Below, one piece after another: positions 1 to 12,190 of a stretch of 64,000 bases of DNA. The stretch is from Perna viridis (Eukaryota): assembly GCA_037379345.1 (NCBI GenBank), contig CM074512.1, positions 27,032,001 to 27,096,000 on the forward strand, in the 5' to 3' direction. Position 1 is the stretch's first letter, and each line of letters starts with the position of its first letter. The notes beneath the pieces are model-generated. The model did not search any database. It worked only from the letters and a program-made list of their open reading frames with translations, and had not been told where the DNA came from. A program made the translations under genes and the position numbers.

Positions 1-212
1 CAGGAAACACCTAATGAACAGATTACACAAAGAACTAAAAAGTACACACAGAAAAACAAACAGCATGAACCATACAAAAAACCAGGATGAACTCATGTGT
101 TCCAAAAAAACCAGGATGAACTCATGTGTTCCAGAAAACCAGGATGAACTCATGTGTTCCAGAAGGATTAAGAGCTCCCACTTCTTGCAAGACATACACT
201 AAGTTTCTCATT
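1..212. mobile_element. Fragment of a bivalve-type dispersed repeat with an internal 29-30 bp triplication
   Basis: AAAACCAGGATGAACTCATGTGTTCCA occurs three times (~76-161). The segment loosely resembles the reverse complement of the start of the repeat at 7565. Family assignment is by recollection, not search. Confidence 0.5.
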
Positions 213-697
213 GAGTGTCTTTCTTCTATTTCTTTTGTTATAATTTCAATCAATTAATTTATTTATAAAAACTTTAAAAAGTTACTGTACCAATCTATTT
301 GTATGGATCATTTCTTCTTCTTGATTTCCTTCATTTGAATATGATTTCCAAATAAAAAACTATTTTCGAGAATAATTCATGTATAACAATGGCTAATTTC
401 ATAAAAGCACAGATCACAAAGAAACTGGATGCATGTCAAGTCAAGGCCATTTCTAACTCATACTCTTTAGTTCATGTGCTGTAGTTCTAGTTATCAAATA
501 CTCATTAAATTTTAATTGACTCTGTAGATAAGTACTTTGACTTTATTTGGTTTAGGTATTTTGCATTATCACACACTGCATGGACGACTAGATCAATTAT
601 GTCCTTGCCCTATCAGATAATAATACTTGTTTAAACTATTTTCTCACCTAAAGTGACTTTATCTTCAGGTAAACATCAGGTACATTGGTCATCTGGA

Positions 698-717
698 TTT
701 CTAGTGGCCACTAGAAA
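698..717. repeat. Perfect 20-bp palindrome
   Basis: TTTCTAGTGGCCACTAGAAA, with imperfect extension ATCTG (691-695) / CAGAT (721-725). Confidence 0.85.
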
Positions 718-2059
718 AATCAGATCTGCGAAATGATAAAACATAAAACACCTGCTCTGTGTCTGGGAGATCTAAGCTCAGACTAGACTCAAATCTTTAT
801 TCTTGAGTGCCTCTCCAATTGTAGTGTGATGCAGGTCAATTTTTGGTCTAGGAATCAAAATGTTCGATGGTAGAAGTTATTCTAAGAGCTATACATGAGG
901 ACTATTAAATAGTATATCCAACACATTACTGAAAAGTTTGTGTCTAAAGTTTCCTATTTGATGTTTGCCTACTAAACCATTCAGAACAAATGTACATGAT
1001 ACATGAAAGTCTAAAAAATACAACTGAGAAAAGTTCAAAAAAGCACTTATCTTCAACAAAACTGTATCCATAAAGGTCTGTCTTCTATACTTTGACCCAT
1101 AGGCTTCTATAGTATACCTTATATTTTCATGATTTTTTAAAAAATAGACAGGGAGTTTCAATCTAACTTTTGATCATGTTTTCCAATTAAGGAAATGTCA
1201 AAAATAATTTTTAGTCCATTTTAGAAAAAAAAGGCACGAACTTTGGTACACCAGGTCAGGTCAAACTAAAAATAGACTTTTTGTACTTCCTCTTTTATTT
1301 TGAGTTTATAAAATAGGCCCTTTCCTGAAGCATTATTTTACATGAAAATACTGTTTTTCCTCAAGAACAAGTTTTTTGTGTCATAGCTTGATATTTACTC
1401 TGTACTTCTGATGAAAAATGACAAGAAACAAAAACAGGAAAAGGCAAAAAGGAGGTGCACTATATTTTTTAGCCTCCATGTTTTGACATACACCCGCTCA
1501 GGAATATGTAATACAAGACTGATACCTAAATATTTACAACAGACAGTTCATGAAGCAAAAGTTCAATAATATTTTTGACACAATATCATTGCCCGGGAAG
1601 ATAAGTTTATATAAAAAGAAAATAGTAGGAATAAAACTTTAGGACAATATTTTCCCAGTTTTTAATAAATAAATATCCTAAATCAAACAAGATGTTAAAT
1701 GCTATGCTGTGCTAAGAATACCCAAATTCAATCAATTCTGTCAAATTAAGTTGCACAGTTAACAGGAAGTAAATAAGTGAGAAAGGAGAGAAATAGTACA
1801 ATTCATCAGGCAAAAGTATTACACAAAATATCCAAGCATTCCCCCCAATAGAAGTGGAAAAATCTGCAACAGATATCTCTAACAAACCTACAGACAAGGT
1901 AACTGCAATATAGCCCCACTCTAATATATATGTGTTTAATTTCAAGAAAATTATATGATATTCTTAATAAGAAATTAATTTTACCATGAAAAAAATCATT
2001 GAACATCAAGATACTTCTGAACATATAAAAGTCATGTTTGTAATACATTTCTAGATAAC

Positions 2060-2380
2060 ACTCAGATCTCTTAAGGGTTGGAGAGTGTTTGCTACAGATC
2101 ATCAGGGTTGGATCTGTTTCCAACATATCATATGGGTTGAGTTTTGTTGCCAGCAGAACTTCTGGGTTAGTTTGTGTTTTCACTAGATCATACAGGTTTG
2201 GTTGAGTTTCACTAAAGGGTTGGGTTGTTTTTAAGAAAATCATTAGGTTCAAATTCACACAGATCATACTATGGGTTGGGGTATTTCCAGCAGTTCATTA
2301 GCACTGAGGTAAATTAAACACTGATAATAAGGTTTTTGGTTGGTTTCCAGCAGATTGTCAGTGTTGGGAGACTGAAGATC
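2060..2380. repeat. Old degenerate minisatellite, roughly 30-40 bp units
   Basis: Recurrent CAGATCAT..GGGTTG(G)..TTTCCA(G/A)CAG motif. Confidence 0.6.
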
Positions 2381-2473
2381 ATATCAAAAGGTTTCCAAAA
2401 AATTTACCGTTATAAATACCATTTAAATTATTTGAATATTCTGAATGTCAGAACAACACTGACATTGCAAGAA

Positions 2474-2490
2474 ACACACACACACACACA
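2474..2490. repeat. (CA)n microsatellite
   Basis: ACACACACACACACACA seen directly. Confidence 0.9.
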
Positions 2491-3144
2491 AATTGTTCTT
2501 TTCTCTATAAATTCATTTGCAACTAAAAATGTACTTGTTAAATGAAAACCCATTATTAAATAAAAAATTAACTAAAATAATTTATATTACCAACTAATGT
2601 GAATAAGTGGGATGTGTATGATGACAATTTGTTCAGTGATGAAAATATCCTGCAAATAAAATGGTAAACACCTAAATTGCATTCATGCTGTCCCTTAAAT
2701 GACCCTTGAATAACATAATTCCCCTACTCCCTTAAGATGTTAAATGGCTGCACCTTAATCTATATGTTTTATGAATTACCATTTCTTTTTAAAGAGATTA
2801 AGCCTTAAATAATATAATATTTAAAAGAAAAAAATGCTAATGCCTTCTAAGTACAGTTGAACTGCATTGCTTCTATTCTTAAATGCTTTCAGGTATTTGA
2901 CAAGATATAAAATGCTCCACTGGCAAGCTTGATATGACCACAGATGTCATTTTCCAAGCTTAAACATCAAACACTGTAAAACATGTGGAAACTTAATTTT
3001 CCTCTTTGTAATATACAAATATTGATATTTAATATGTCTTCTCTCTCTAAATGAATAAGACAGGTACATGTGTACATCTACAGAATGGTATCTGAGAATT
3101 TATTGTCATCAAACACTTATAATATCATGATAATAAAACATAAT

Positions 3145-3585
3145 ACAATCCCAGTGGTCCAACCCTGAACAGTTGGTGCAAGCGTGGACACAATATCAGT
3201 TTTTGACACACTTAAACATAGGGACTTACATTTCATTATGGACACAACAACTGGTTTGGACACTATATTGCTAAAAATTTGAAATTCAAATAAAAATTTT
3301 CAAATTCAGACCAAAAATAAAAGTCCATTTTTTGGGGTGTAGCCCCTTTGACTCCTTATAACTCAAAAACCATAGGCGATATCTGTAATCTGATTGAAAA
3401 GTGCTCGAAAGAATTTTTATAAGGTATCAATAAAAAAAAAATTGAAATAAGACCAAAAATAAAAAAGTCGATTTTTTAGGGTGTGGCACCTTTGACCCCT
3501 GTATAAAAAAAAAAAACGACAAATAAGTCCTATAGTTATGATATTTCACAGCTAAGTCCCCCCTTTTCTTAAGTTGGTCTAACTG
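3145..3585. mobile_element. Probable remnant of a non-autonomous DNA element with an internal duplicated unit
   Basis: AGACCAAAAATAAAA..GTC.ATTTTT.GGGTGT..CCTTTGAC.CC occurs at ~3308 and ~3450. Some CpG retained. Confidence 0.4.
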
Positions 3586-4266
3586 TGATCCTGCTTATGT
3601 CATGGTGTGTTTATTTACTTGGTAACTAATAGATACCATTATGTCGAGCAATAACATCATTCATAGTAAAATACATTGAAATACATCTATTTGTTTAAGC
3701 ATACAATAAACAGAATATGAAATGGATTTGTCATTATCACATTCCACAACAACCCCTCTTCCCATATAAGCTGTCAAAAAAAATCTGCATTGAGCAAATC
3801 ATCTGATAATTGATAACAAGATTTTGTAACCAATGGAGAGACAGTACTATTAACAGTCAGGATAATATTTGTCATGAAAAATCTTAATTATACTGATTTT
3901 GTCTATTATCAATAAAATAAGTTATGCTGAAGTATGAAGAAAATTAATTTCAATGTTTGTTTTTGTTTTTGTTTTTTAATTCTTCTTTTCCTTTGATTGA
4001 CAGAAGCCCTAAAACACAGAGTGTCCTCCATTATCCAAAGCTTATTTACATAATTACCTTCATATATACAAATGACCCCTGTGACATCTGGAACACTACA
4101 TATTGGTGAAGTTTATTTACACAAACAAAAGGATTTATTAAACAGTTGATCAATATATCAATATCACTTGGTCTCCAGGTCTTCTAGATCGCCACTTTAA
4201 ATTAATGAAATTAAAACATACAGTTCATATATACATGTTCATCATCTTATACTGTCCATATATATT

Positions 4267-6453
4267 TGTCTATTTGACAGACCTATGGAATTGTCTATCT
4301 GACAGACCTATGGAATTGCCTATTTGACAGACCTGTGAAATGGTCTATCTGACAGACCTATGGAATTGTCTATTTGACAGACCTATGGAATTGTCTATTT
4401 GACAGACCTGTGAAATGGTCTATCTGACAGACCTATGGAATTGTCTATTTGACAGGCCTATGGAATTGTCTATCTGACAGACCTATGGAATTGTCTATTT
4501 GACAGACCTGTGAAATGGTCTATCTGACAGACCTATGGAATTGTCTATTTGACAGACCTATGGAATTGTCTATCTGACAGACCTATGGAATTGCCTATTT
4601 GACAGACCTGTGAAATGGTCTATCTGACAGACCTATGGAATTGTCTATTTGACAGACCTATGGAATTGTCTATTTGACAGACCTGTGAAATGGTCTATCT
4701 GACAGACCTATGGAATTGTCTATTTGACAGACCTATGGAATTGCCTATTTGACAGACCTGTGAAATGGTCTATCTGACAGACCTATGGAATTGCCTATTT
4801 GACAGACCTATGGAATTGTCTATTTGACAGACCTATGGAATTGTCTATCTGACAGACTTATAGAATTGTCTATCTGACAGACCTATGGAATTGTCTATTT
4901 GACAGACCTATGGAATTGTCTATCTGACAGACCTGTGAAATGGTCTATCTGACAGACCTATGGAATTGCCTATTTGACAGACCTGTGAAATGGTCTATCT
5001 GACAGACCTATGGAATTGTCTGACAGACTTATAGAATTGTCTATCTGACAGACCTATGGAATTGTCTATTTGACAGACCTATGTAATTGTCTATTTGACA
5101 GACCTGTGAAATGGTCTATCTGACAGACCTATGGAATTGTCTATTTGACAGACCTATGGAATTGTCTATCTGACAGACCTATGGAATTGTCTATTTGACA
5201 GACCTGTGAAATGGTCTATCTGACAGACCTACGGAATTGTCTATCTGACAGACCTATGGAATTGTCTATTTGACAGACCTATGGAATTGTCTATTTGACA
5301 GACCTATGGAGTTGTCTATCTGACAGACCTATGGAATTGCCTATTTGACAGACCTGTGAAATGGTCTATCTGACAGACCTATGGAATTGTCTATTTGACA
5401 GACCTATGGAATTGTCTATTTGACAGACCTGTGAAATGGTCTATCTGACAGACCTATGGAATTGTCTATTTGACAGACCTGTGAAATGGTCTATCTGACA
5501 GACCTATGGAATTGTCTATTTGACAGACCTATGGAATTGTCTATTTGACAGACCTATGGAATTGCCTATTTGACAGACCTGTGAAATGGTCTATCTGACA
5601 GACCTATGGAATTGCCTATTTGACAGACCTATGGAATTGTCTATCTGACAGACTTATAGAATTGTCTATCTGACAGACCTATGGAATTGTCTATTTGACA
5701 GACCTATGGAATTGTCTATCTGACAGACCTGTGAAATGGTCTATCTGACAGACCTATGGAATTGTCTATTTGACAGACCTGTGAAATGGTCTATCTGACA
5801 GACCTATGAAATTGTCTATTTGACAGACCTATGGAATTGTCTATTTGACAGACCATGGAATGGTCTATCTGACAGACCTATGGAATGGTCTATCTGACAG
5901 ACCTATGGAATTGTCTATCTGACAGACCTATGGAATTGTCTATTTGACAGACCTATGGAATGGTCTATCTGACAGACCTATGGAATTGCCTATTTGACAG
6001 ACCTGTGAAATGGTCTATCTGACAGACCTATGGAATTGTCTATTTGACAGACCTATGGAATTGCCTATTTGACAGACCTGTGAAATGGTCTATTTGACAG
6101 ACCTATGGAATTGCCTATTTGACAGACCTGTGAAATGGTCTATCTGACAGACCTATGGAATTGTCTATCTGACAGACCTATGGAATTGCCTATTTGACAG
6201 ACCTGTGAAATGGTCTATTTGACAGACCTATGGAATTGCCTATTTGACAGACCTGTGAAATGGTCTATCTCACAGACTTATGGAATTGTCTATCTGACAG
6301 ACCTATGGAATTGCCTATTTGACAGACCTGTGAAATGGTCTATCTGACAGACCTATGGAATGGTCTATTTGACAGACCTGTGAAATGGTCTATTTGACAG
6401 ACCTGTGAAATGGTCTATTTGACAGACCTATGGAATTGTCTATCTGACAGACT
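4267..6453. repeat. 25-bp satellite/minisatellite array, ~2.2 kb, about 87 units
   Basis: Unit GACAGACCTATGGAATTGTCTAT(T/C)T, interspersed with variants GACAGACCTGTGAAATGGTCTATCT and GACAGACTTATAGAATTGTC. Confidence 0.98.
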
Positions 6454-6534
6454 TAATAACTGATGGAAGGACTAACTACTAATAGGTGCCATTAGTTGAA
6501 ATGTTTTTTAAGTTAATTCTTATTGTAATCAAGT

Positions 6535-7046
6535 GCCCCGTGCAGGTCCGGGTGTTAAAAGAATAGGCCTGCAGCAGCGCTAAGCTTGTCGTATAAGGCG
6601 ACTAAATAGTGCTCAGAAACCTAGCCGGGGGCTAGGCGCTCTGCCCACAAAGCAACTGGGATGTGTGCCCCATGTGGTGGAATGGGGTACCCCTGGCGTG
6701 TTACATGCTGGGGTTGTCAGGCTATAATGCGGAAAACCTGACCGCAAACCATAGTGGTGCACCGTGTTGGGAAAGATGTCACGTTCCTCGCACGTTAAAG
6801 AACCCTGCTGTGGTATTCGATAGGAGTAGGAACCTTTGCGCTTCGCCACAGGAGGCTAAATTGCCCGACCTTACCCATCCCCCCTTTTTCCAGTGGCAAT
6901 CAAAATTTGTCGACCCTATTATCCTTGTGTCCCATCCTTTTTTTTCATTTCATGTTCATTTTATCATCCATTTCATGTTCATCGTCTGAATATAGCTGAA
7001 ATATTGCTGCTCGGACGTTAAACCCCAACAAACAAACAAAACAAAA
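6535..7046 (+). mobile_element. ~512-bp SINE-like non-autonomous non-LTR retroposon, copy 1, full length
   Basis: Flanked by a perfect 14-bp target-site duplication TATTGTAATCAAGT (6521-6534 and 7047-7060). Ends in GGACGTTAAACCCC followed by a (CAAA)n tail. GC- and CpG-rich against the AT-rich background. Near-identical inverted copy at 21769-22286. Confidence 0.93.
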
Positions 7047-7564
7047 TATTGTAATCAAGTACTAATTTCTGTAAGAATCAGGCATACTGTAAATCATGTT
7101 GGAAAACAACACAAGTCTTTCCATGAAAACTTATTCAAAATGTTATCTGAAATGAAGAAATGGCATTCATTTCTTTTTAATTGTCAGTAATTCTAAGTAT
7201 AAATTATATGAAAATGGATTGCAATTTCATTTTTGCAAAGGGAAATAACTCGTATTTCCCCATTGTTCTATTGTAAGTTTGAACTTGCTTTTTTGCATCC
7301 TCTGACACTTCTAAGACAAACGAACACGGTCAATCCCTCTTCAATAAAACCATAAACTATGTGCCTACACTGTCAAATCTGTGTGTTGTTTCAGTATTAT
7401 TCAATTTTGCCTAATTTTTACAGATTCCAGCACTTAAAAATAAACAGCTCCATGTGGCTGTAAATGTTGACCCATGTATTTGGGGCAATTATTAACACTC
7501 TATTTAACAATATATGTAGTTGAAATTAAGAGATTAGTTGAGCTTAGGTGTAAAGCCTATTTGG

Positions 7565-7764
7565 CTTACCCTACCGGTGCACCTGGTCCATGCTCCCAGT
7601 TTTTAGTGGAGTCCGAGTTGCTCATTTACTTTCGTTAATCTGTATGTATTATTTTAGTTACTCTATGTTCTTTGTTGTGTTTGTCTGTTTTCCATGTCTG
7701 GTCTTTGTCCCTGGATTACAATCTTTTGATCTCCGCTATAACCTTGGTTCCCTTGAGTACTCTT
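7565..7764 (+). mobile_element. Dispersed non-autonomous repeat (DINE-1/HINE-like), copy A
   Basis: Its last ~108 bp (…GTCTGTTTTCCATGTCTGGTCTTTGTCCCTGGATTAC…CCGCTATAACCTTGGTTCCCTTGA) recur at 25741-25847. Class assignment is inference. Confidence 0.65.
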
Positions 7765-10212
7765 GCATACCCCTTCACTCTTCGGTGTTCTACATTTGTG
7801 ACTGTATAAAGCTGTGTCCAATAAAGCATTCTAATAGATATTGTGAAAATAGAGCTTTAAAATAAAAATAAAATACAAGAAAGGGTACTAACAAAAATTG
7901 AAAAACATTAATCCTTGGAAAGAATTGATACAACAAAGATGTACAACTTAATGATGACCTTCTAGTCAATTAAATATATTAATCTATCTTTTTTTAATGA
8001 ATAACCTGGAATTTGTTCTTTGAACAGTCCAGACATCTTATTCAAATAGAAATATTTTCAATTAAACCAACTATGTCTCAATTTAAACCTTCTTTTTGCA
8101 TTCATTGAATCAAAACATCAATATTTTGGATGTATGATTGTTAATCAAAACAATGGTGTTGAATATTATTACAAGTATTAAATTTTGCCCTGTATTTCAT
8201 AATATAATTTTTTCAACCTGACAAATCCGTTTCAAAATGCAGCTTTAAAAGCTTTTTTGAAAAAGCTTTTTAAAAATTTATTTGTGAAATTTCGAGCTAT
8301 GATAAGGATCGTATTGATACTTCAAGCAAACTAAAATGGTTATATTCATCTGGACATATTTTAAAGTCTATTCCCAAAGATGTATTTAAGTGGAAGATCC
8401 TTATTATCAAAGAAGTAGTGAAAGGAAGAAGTTCATATTACATGGTAAATATCATTGTATCTTTTTATATACTTATTTTATTGATATAAATTACTTTTTT
8501 ATTAGATATTTTTTCTCACAGGACCACAGTAAATTACTAGTGGCTATAATGTAAAAATAATGGTGAAAACAATAATTACAATATAGTCAACTCATTGCTT
8601 GTCCCCATTGGGTAGTCAATTGAATTGATTTCTATGTCAGTTAACTTGAACAAGATCTTGAAAGTAAGGTGTTTTTTGAAATTGTTTTTTTTCTTAACAA
8701 TGGCAAAAAAACACCTCAATAGCAAGCCCATTGTCTAATTTCTTCAGTGTCTGAAGGCCCATTATGGTCCATGCACTTTTTTCTGATTTTCTATCTTTTG
8801 ACAGCCAAGTTTAAGGTGATATGAAGGTGAAGACCCTCTTTTCAAAATTAAAAAAAGCTAAAATTTTGCACTAAAACACAAGGCTAGAAAGTGGTTTACA
8901 CAAATAACCCGTTTAATTGGTTGGTATGTAGTTGGAACCCTTTAAATCAAAATTTCTGCTACAATATTGAAAAGAAAAAGTTCTTACATTTTCAATATTT
9001 CCCATTAAATTATACAAAATTATTATTAAAATGGCCATATGAAGGACTCGTATCTACAGGTAAAGTTTAGGATCTGGACATTTTTGTTAGTTCCTAACAA
9101 AGACCTTTCATTATCTACAAATATATACATGTATGTGTGACAAATACCTTTATTCCATGACTAACCAAGTAATATGGAATTTATTAATAAAAACAGATCT
9201 GGTTACGTAAAAAAGATTACTGATAATTCTGAAATTGACATGTAACAATGTGATAATTTGAAATTAACAAAATTGAATTATTTCATTTGCAGCCCAAAGA
9301 CTTCCACTTGACAGAATAATTAATAAAAACATGCTCAACATGTTGTAAAGTTCTATTTTCACAAGCCAAATGGCAGTATGAAAAGAATTTAAACTATTTA
9401 ATAAACAATAAATATAATTCCTTTTGAAAAAGAATTTAATATCTAAAAAATATTTCTATCAAAAGATATAAAAATAATTTCTAGTTATTATTAGGAATAA
9501 TTGTCCATGGCTTTGAAACGTCAGGTGCTTTACGTGACTGGCGTCTAAAAAAATGTTCCCACCTAGAATACTTCATATTAAATGACCACTTTCAGTCATA
9601 ATCAGAAAGAAAAACATGCCAACCAATAGAGATTAAAGTCAAATGATCCGATACAAAATTTATATTCTAAACAAAAGTGCTCACAGTTTTTGTGTAAAAT
9701 TTGGCCTAAGGTCGTAGTTTACGTACATATATTGTGTGACCAGGAGTTAGTGTAATAGTCCAGTTCATGACGGGACAATAATATAATAATTTATTCTTAT
9801 GTTTATAGCAATAATTACCTTTATGATTTATTGCGATATCTATACTCAATTTATTGGTTTCCTTCTTTATATCATGACAAAAATTTGTGTAGGATATATT
9901 TCAGACATAATGTTGTTATACTGAATATCACCCATCCATGTATAGAGATTGTTATGCATTCAAACTAAATTGTCATTGACTGATTCTAGAATTATCAAGA
10001 GTAATGCTTGTGGCTAATTATACAATACACCAAACAGCTAAAATGATAAAAATAATATAACCAGACCAAAAATCTAATACATGAATAAGTGAAAATAAGC
10101 TAACAATATATTCTCTACAAATCAATTTTCATAAAAAAGTATTATTTTTGTTACATACAATCTGTCTGAGAATTACAACTTATATAATAATGATATTTTT
10201 CTTCTCACACAG

Positions 10213-10364
10213 GTGCAGTGTAACAAGTGAGGCTATTAACAACTTGAATTTCTGTTCCTCCCAAATCAAACCTATATGCAGTAACAGCCATATAAGGTCA
10301 GTTTCTAAATGCTCCTTTCAAATTTCCCATATTTTCATTCATAAAAACACTTCATTAAAAACAG
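10213..10364 (+). other. Candidate internal exon (152 nt)
   Basis: Acceptor TTTTTCTTCTCACACAG|G and donor ACAG|GTGAGT. One frame is open throughout, but the peptide is not recognisable. Confidence 0.35.
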
Positions 10365-11699
10365 GTGAGTAAATTAAAATAATACAAAGTGAACTCATAT
10401 TTCCTTAAGATGACTTTCATAAATAGCTTGTGTTTTGGAGGGAATTAACTACACACTACAAGTGCTTTTAATTGTAAAACCAAAGAATCAATATTTATAT
10501 ACCTATTTGAAAAACATCATCATTGACATAAATTCAAGTTAATTTAAGAGATGAATGGTCTGGTCATAAATAAGGGAGCTAATTTTATCTGAAAATCTTC
10601 AATGTTTATCATTTCCTTGGGGTATCAAAAAGGAGTGAAAATTCCTGCCCCGTTTTATAATCTATAACAATATAAATGTGATAAAGTTATAAGTTTTACC
10701 ACAAAAGCATAGCTGGATCTGCCAGGATGATGGATAAATTTGCCCATGGCATCTGAAATTGGACATCTAAAGTATAAGATATGATTTGATTTGCATGAAT
10801 TAAATAAGTGACCACTCCACTTTTATCATCTTCTATGAACTTTAGTCCAACATCAAACATGACCCTTTGATCAACAAAGCCTTTTATTATTTAAGCACCA
10901 TAACTTTATCCTTGCTATTTGTCAATAAAAATATTTTTAGATAAACATTTTTTGTAAATCAAGGTACCATATTATAAAACTTCATGATGGTAAATGCACA
11001 CTATGTGAACATTTATTTGATTGTTTCAACTTTCTGAATACATAGCAACTATAAACAGTCAGCAAAACATTGCAAAAACATGTACTAAATCCCGATACAA
11101 TTCTAAGGCCCTGATGCATTAATCACAAATAAATGACATATCTGCAAAAAGATATTGCAATTTCTATTTAAAAATTAGCTACTAACTAGACTAAGTTTCC
11201 CCATAAAGAACAATTAACATGCCAGACTGTACAGAGAACTGTAATTGAAAATTTCCATGAGGAACATTAACGGTCAAAATAAATGAGCATTGTTAAAACA
11301 CAACAGACCAATAACATGACTGAATGAGTAAAAATTATATAAAATGCAATGTAAATGTCCTTGAATGCAAGATTTGAGATATTAAAATTTGATAGAATTT
11401 GAATTCCGTCAACATCAATTTGATTAAATCAAAAAATCTTTGTATACCTTGAAACTTAGGTGAAATCTACCTTTGGTAGACCCACCTGTACAACTGGGAG
11501 GTGTTCTCTGTTCACATCATTATACTTTATAATCAGCTGATTATCTACGCAGATGTATATTGGGGCTGTATAAATGATGACTTTATTTTTTTCTTGTGTT
11601 TTAACTGGGAGGCAATCGTTTTGTCAAGATTAGTCAGTCAATCATACAAAATATGGTCAGTGATCAGATATGCATTTAGCCTGGAGCATCTAGCACCTC

Positions 11700-12030
11700 T
11701 CCTTGTCAAGACAATTGTCTACAATCACATCCATCATTCAATTGTAATCGATCTCTTAGTTTCTTTATAGATTATTTCCTTACATATTTTTTGCACAGGA
11801 ACTATGCTGTATTTCATAATTGGATAATTGTCAAATGATACTGAGCTATAAACAAATTTTTCTAGCAGATTTGGATATTTGTAATTAGAGCTCCAGTTCA
11901 GGTAAGACTTCAGTTTTTTGTTGTTGGTAGTAATGGTTTCCATGACTGGAAGATAAGGGTTCTGTGAAAAGGTGATCTGGATAGTCATGAACAAGATGGC
12001 TTTTTGGCATTTTTTAATGTTACAGGGTAT
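11700..12030 (-). pseudogene. Decayed GIY-YIG endonuclease domain of a Penelope-like element
   Basis: Minus frame reads PCNIKKCQK…TF…KSYLNWSSN…YSIVPVQKICKEIIYKETKRSITI. This resembles the Penelope pattern PCxxxxCxxC…NCxxxNVIYxIxCxxCxxxYIGETxRxL, with several substitutions. Confidence 0.5.
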
Positions 12031-12190
12031 GTGCCATACTGTCCCTCAGGTCATTTCTTAATTTCAAAATAACGGAAACAACATTGAATAATGAAAAAAG
12101 TCATAAGTGATTTCATGAATACCATGGGCAAATGAAAAGTAAAATTCCACAGTAAGATTTCTTTAAGTTAAATAGAAAGACTTACTATAT

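Noticed and set aside
4267-6453. CRISPR array
   Set aside because: Units are head to tail with no unique spacers, there are no cas genes, and the context is eukaryotic.
6535-6613. Canonical HDV-like ribozyme at the retroposon 5' end
   Set aside because: The hairpin followed by CTAA resembles P4-J4/2, but only 5 nt separate the would-be P2 5' strand from P4, leaving no room for P3, L3 and the P1 3' strand.
6535-6650. tRNA-derived SINE head or tRNA gene
   Set aside because: No A box, no GTTCRA B box and no cloverleaf.
6613-6989. 78-aa and 108-aa ORFs in the retroposon
   Set aside because: No recognisable domain; expected by chance in GC-richer sequence, and the copies differ by indels in this region.
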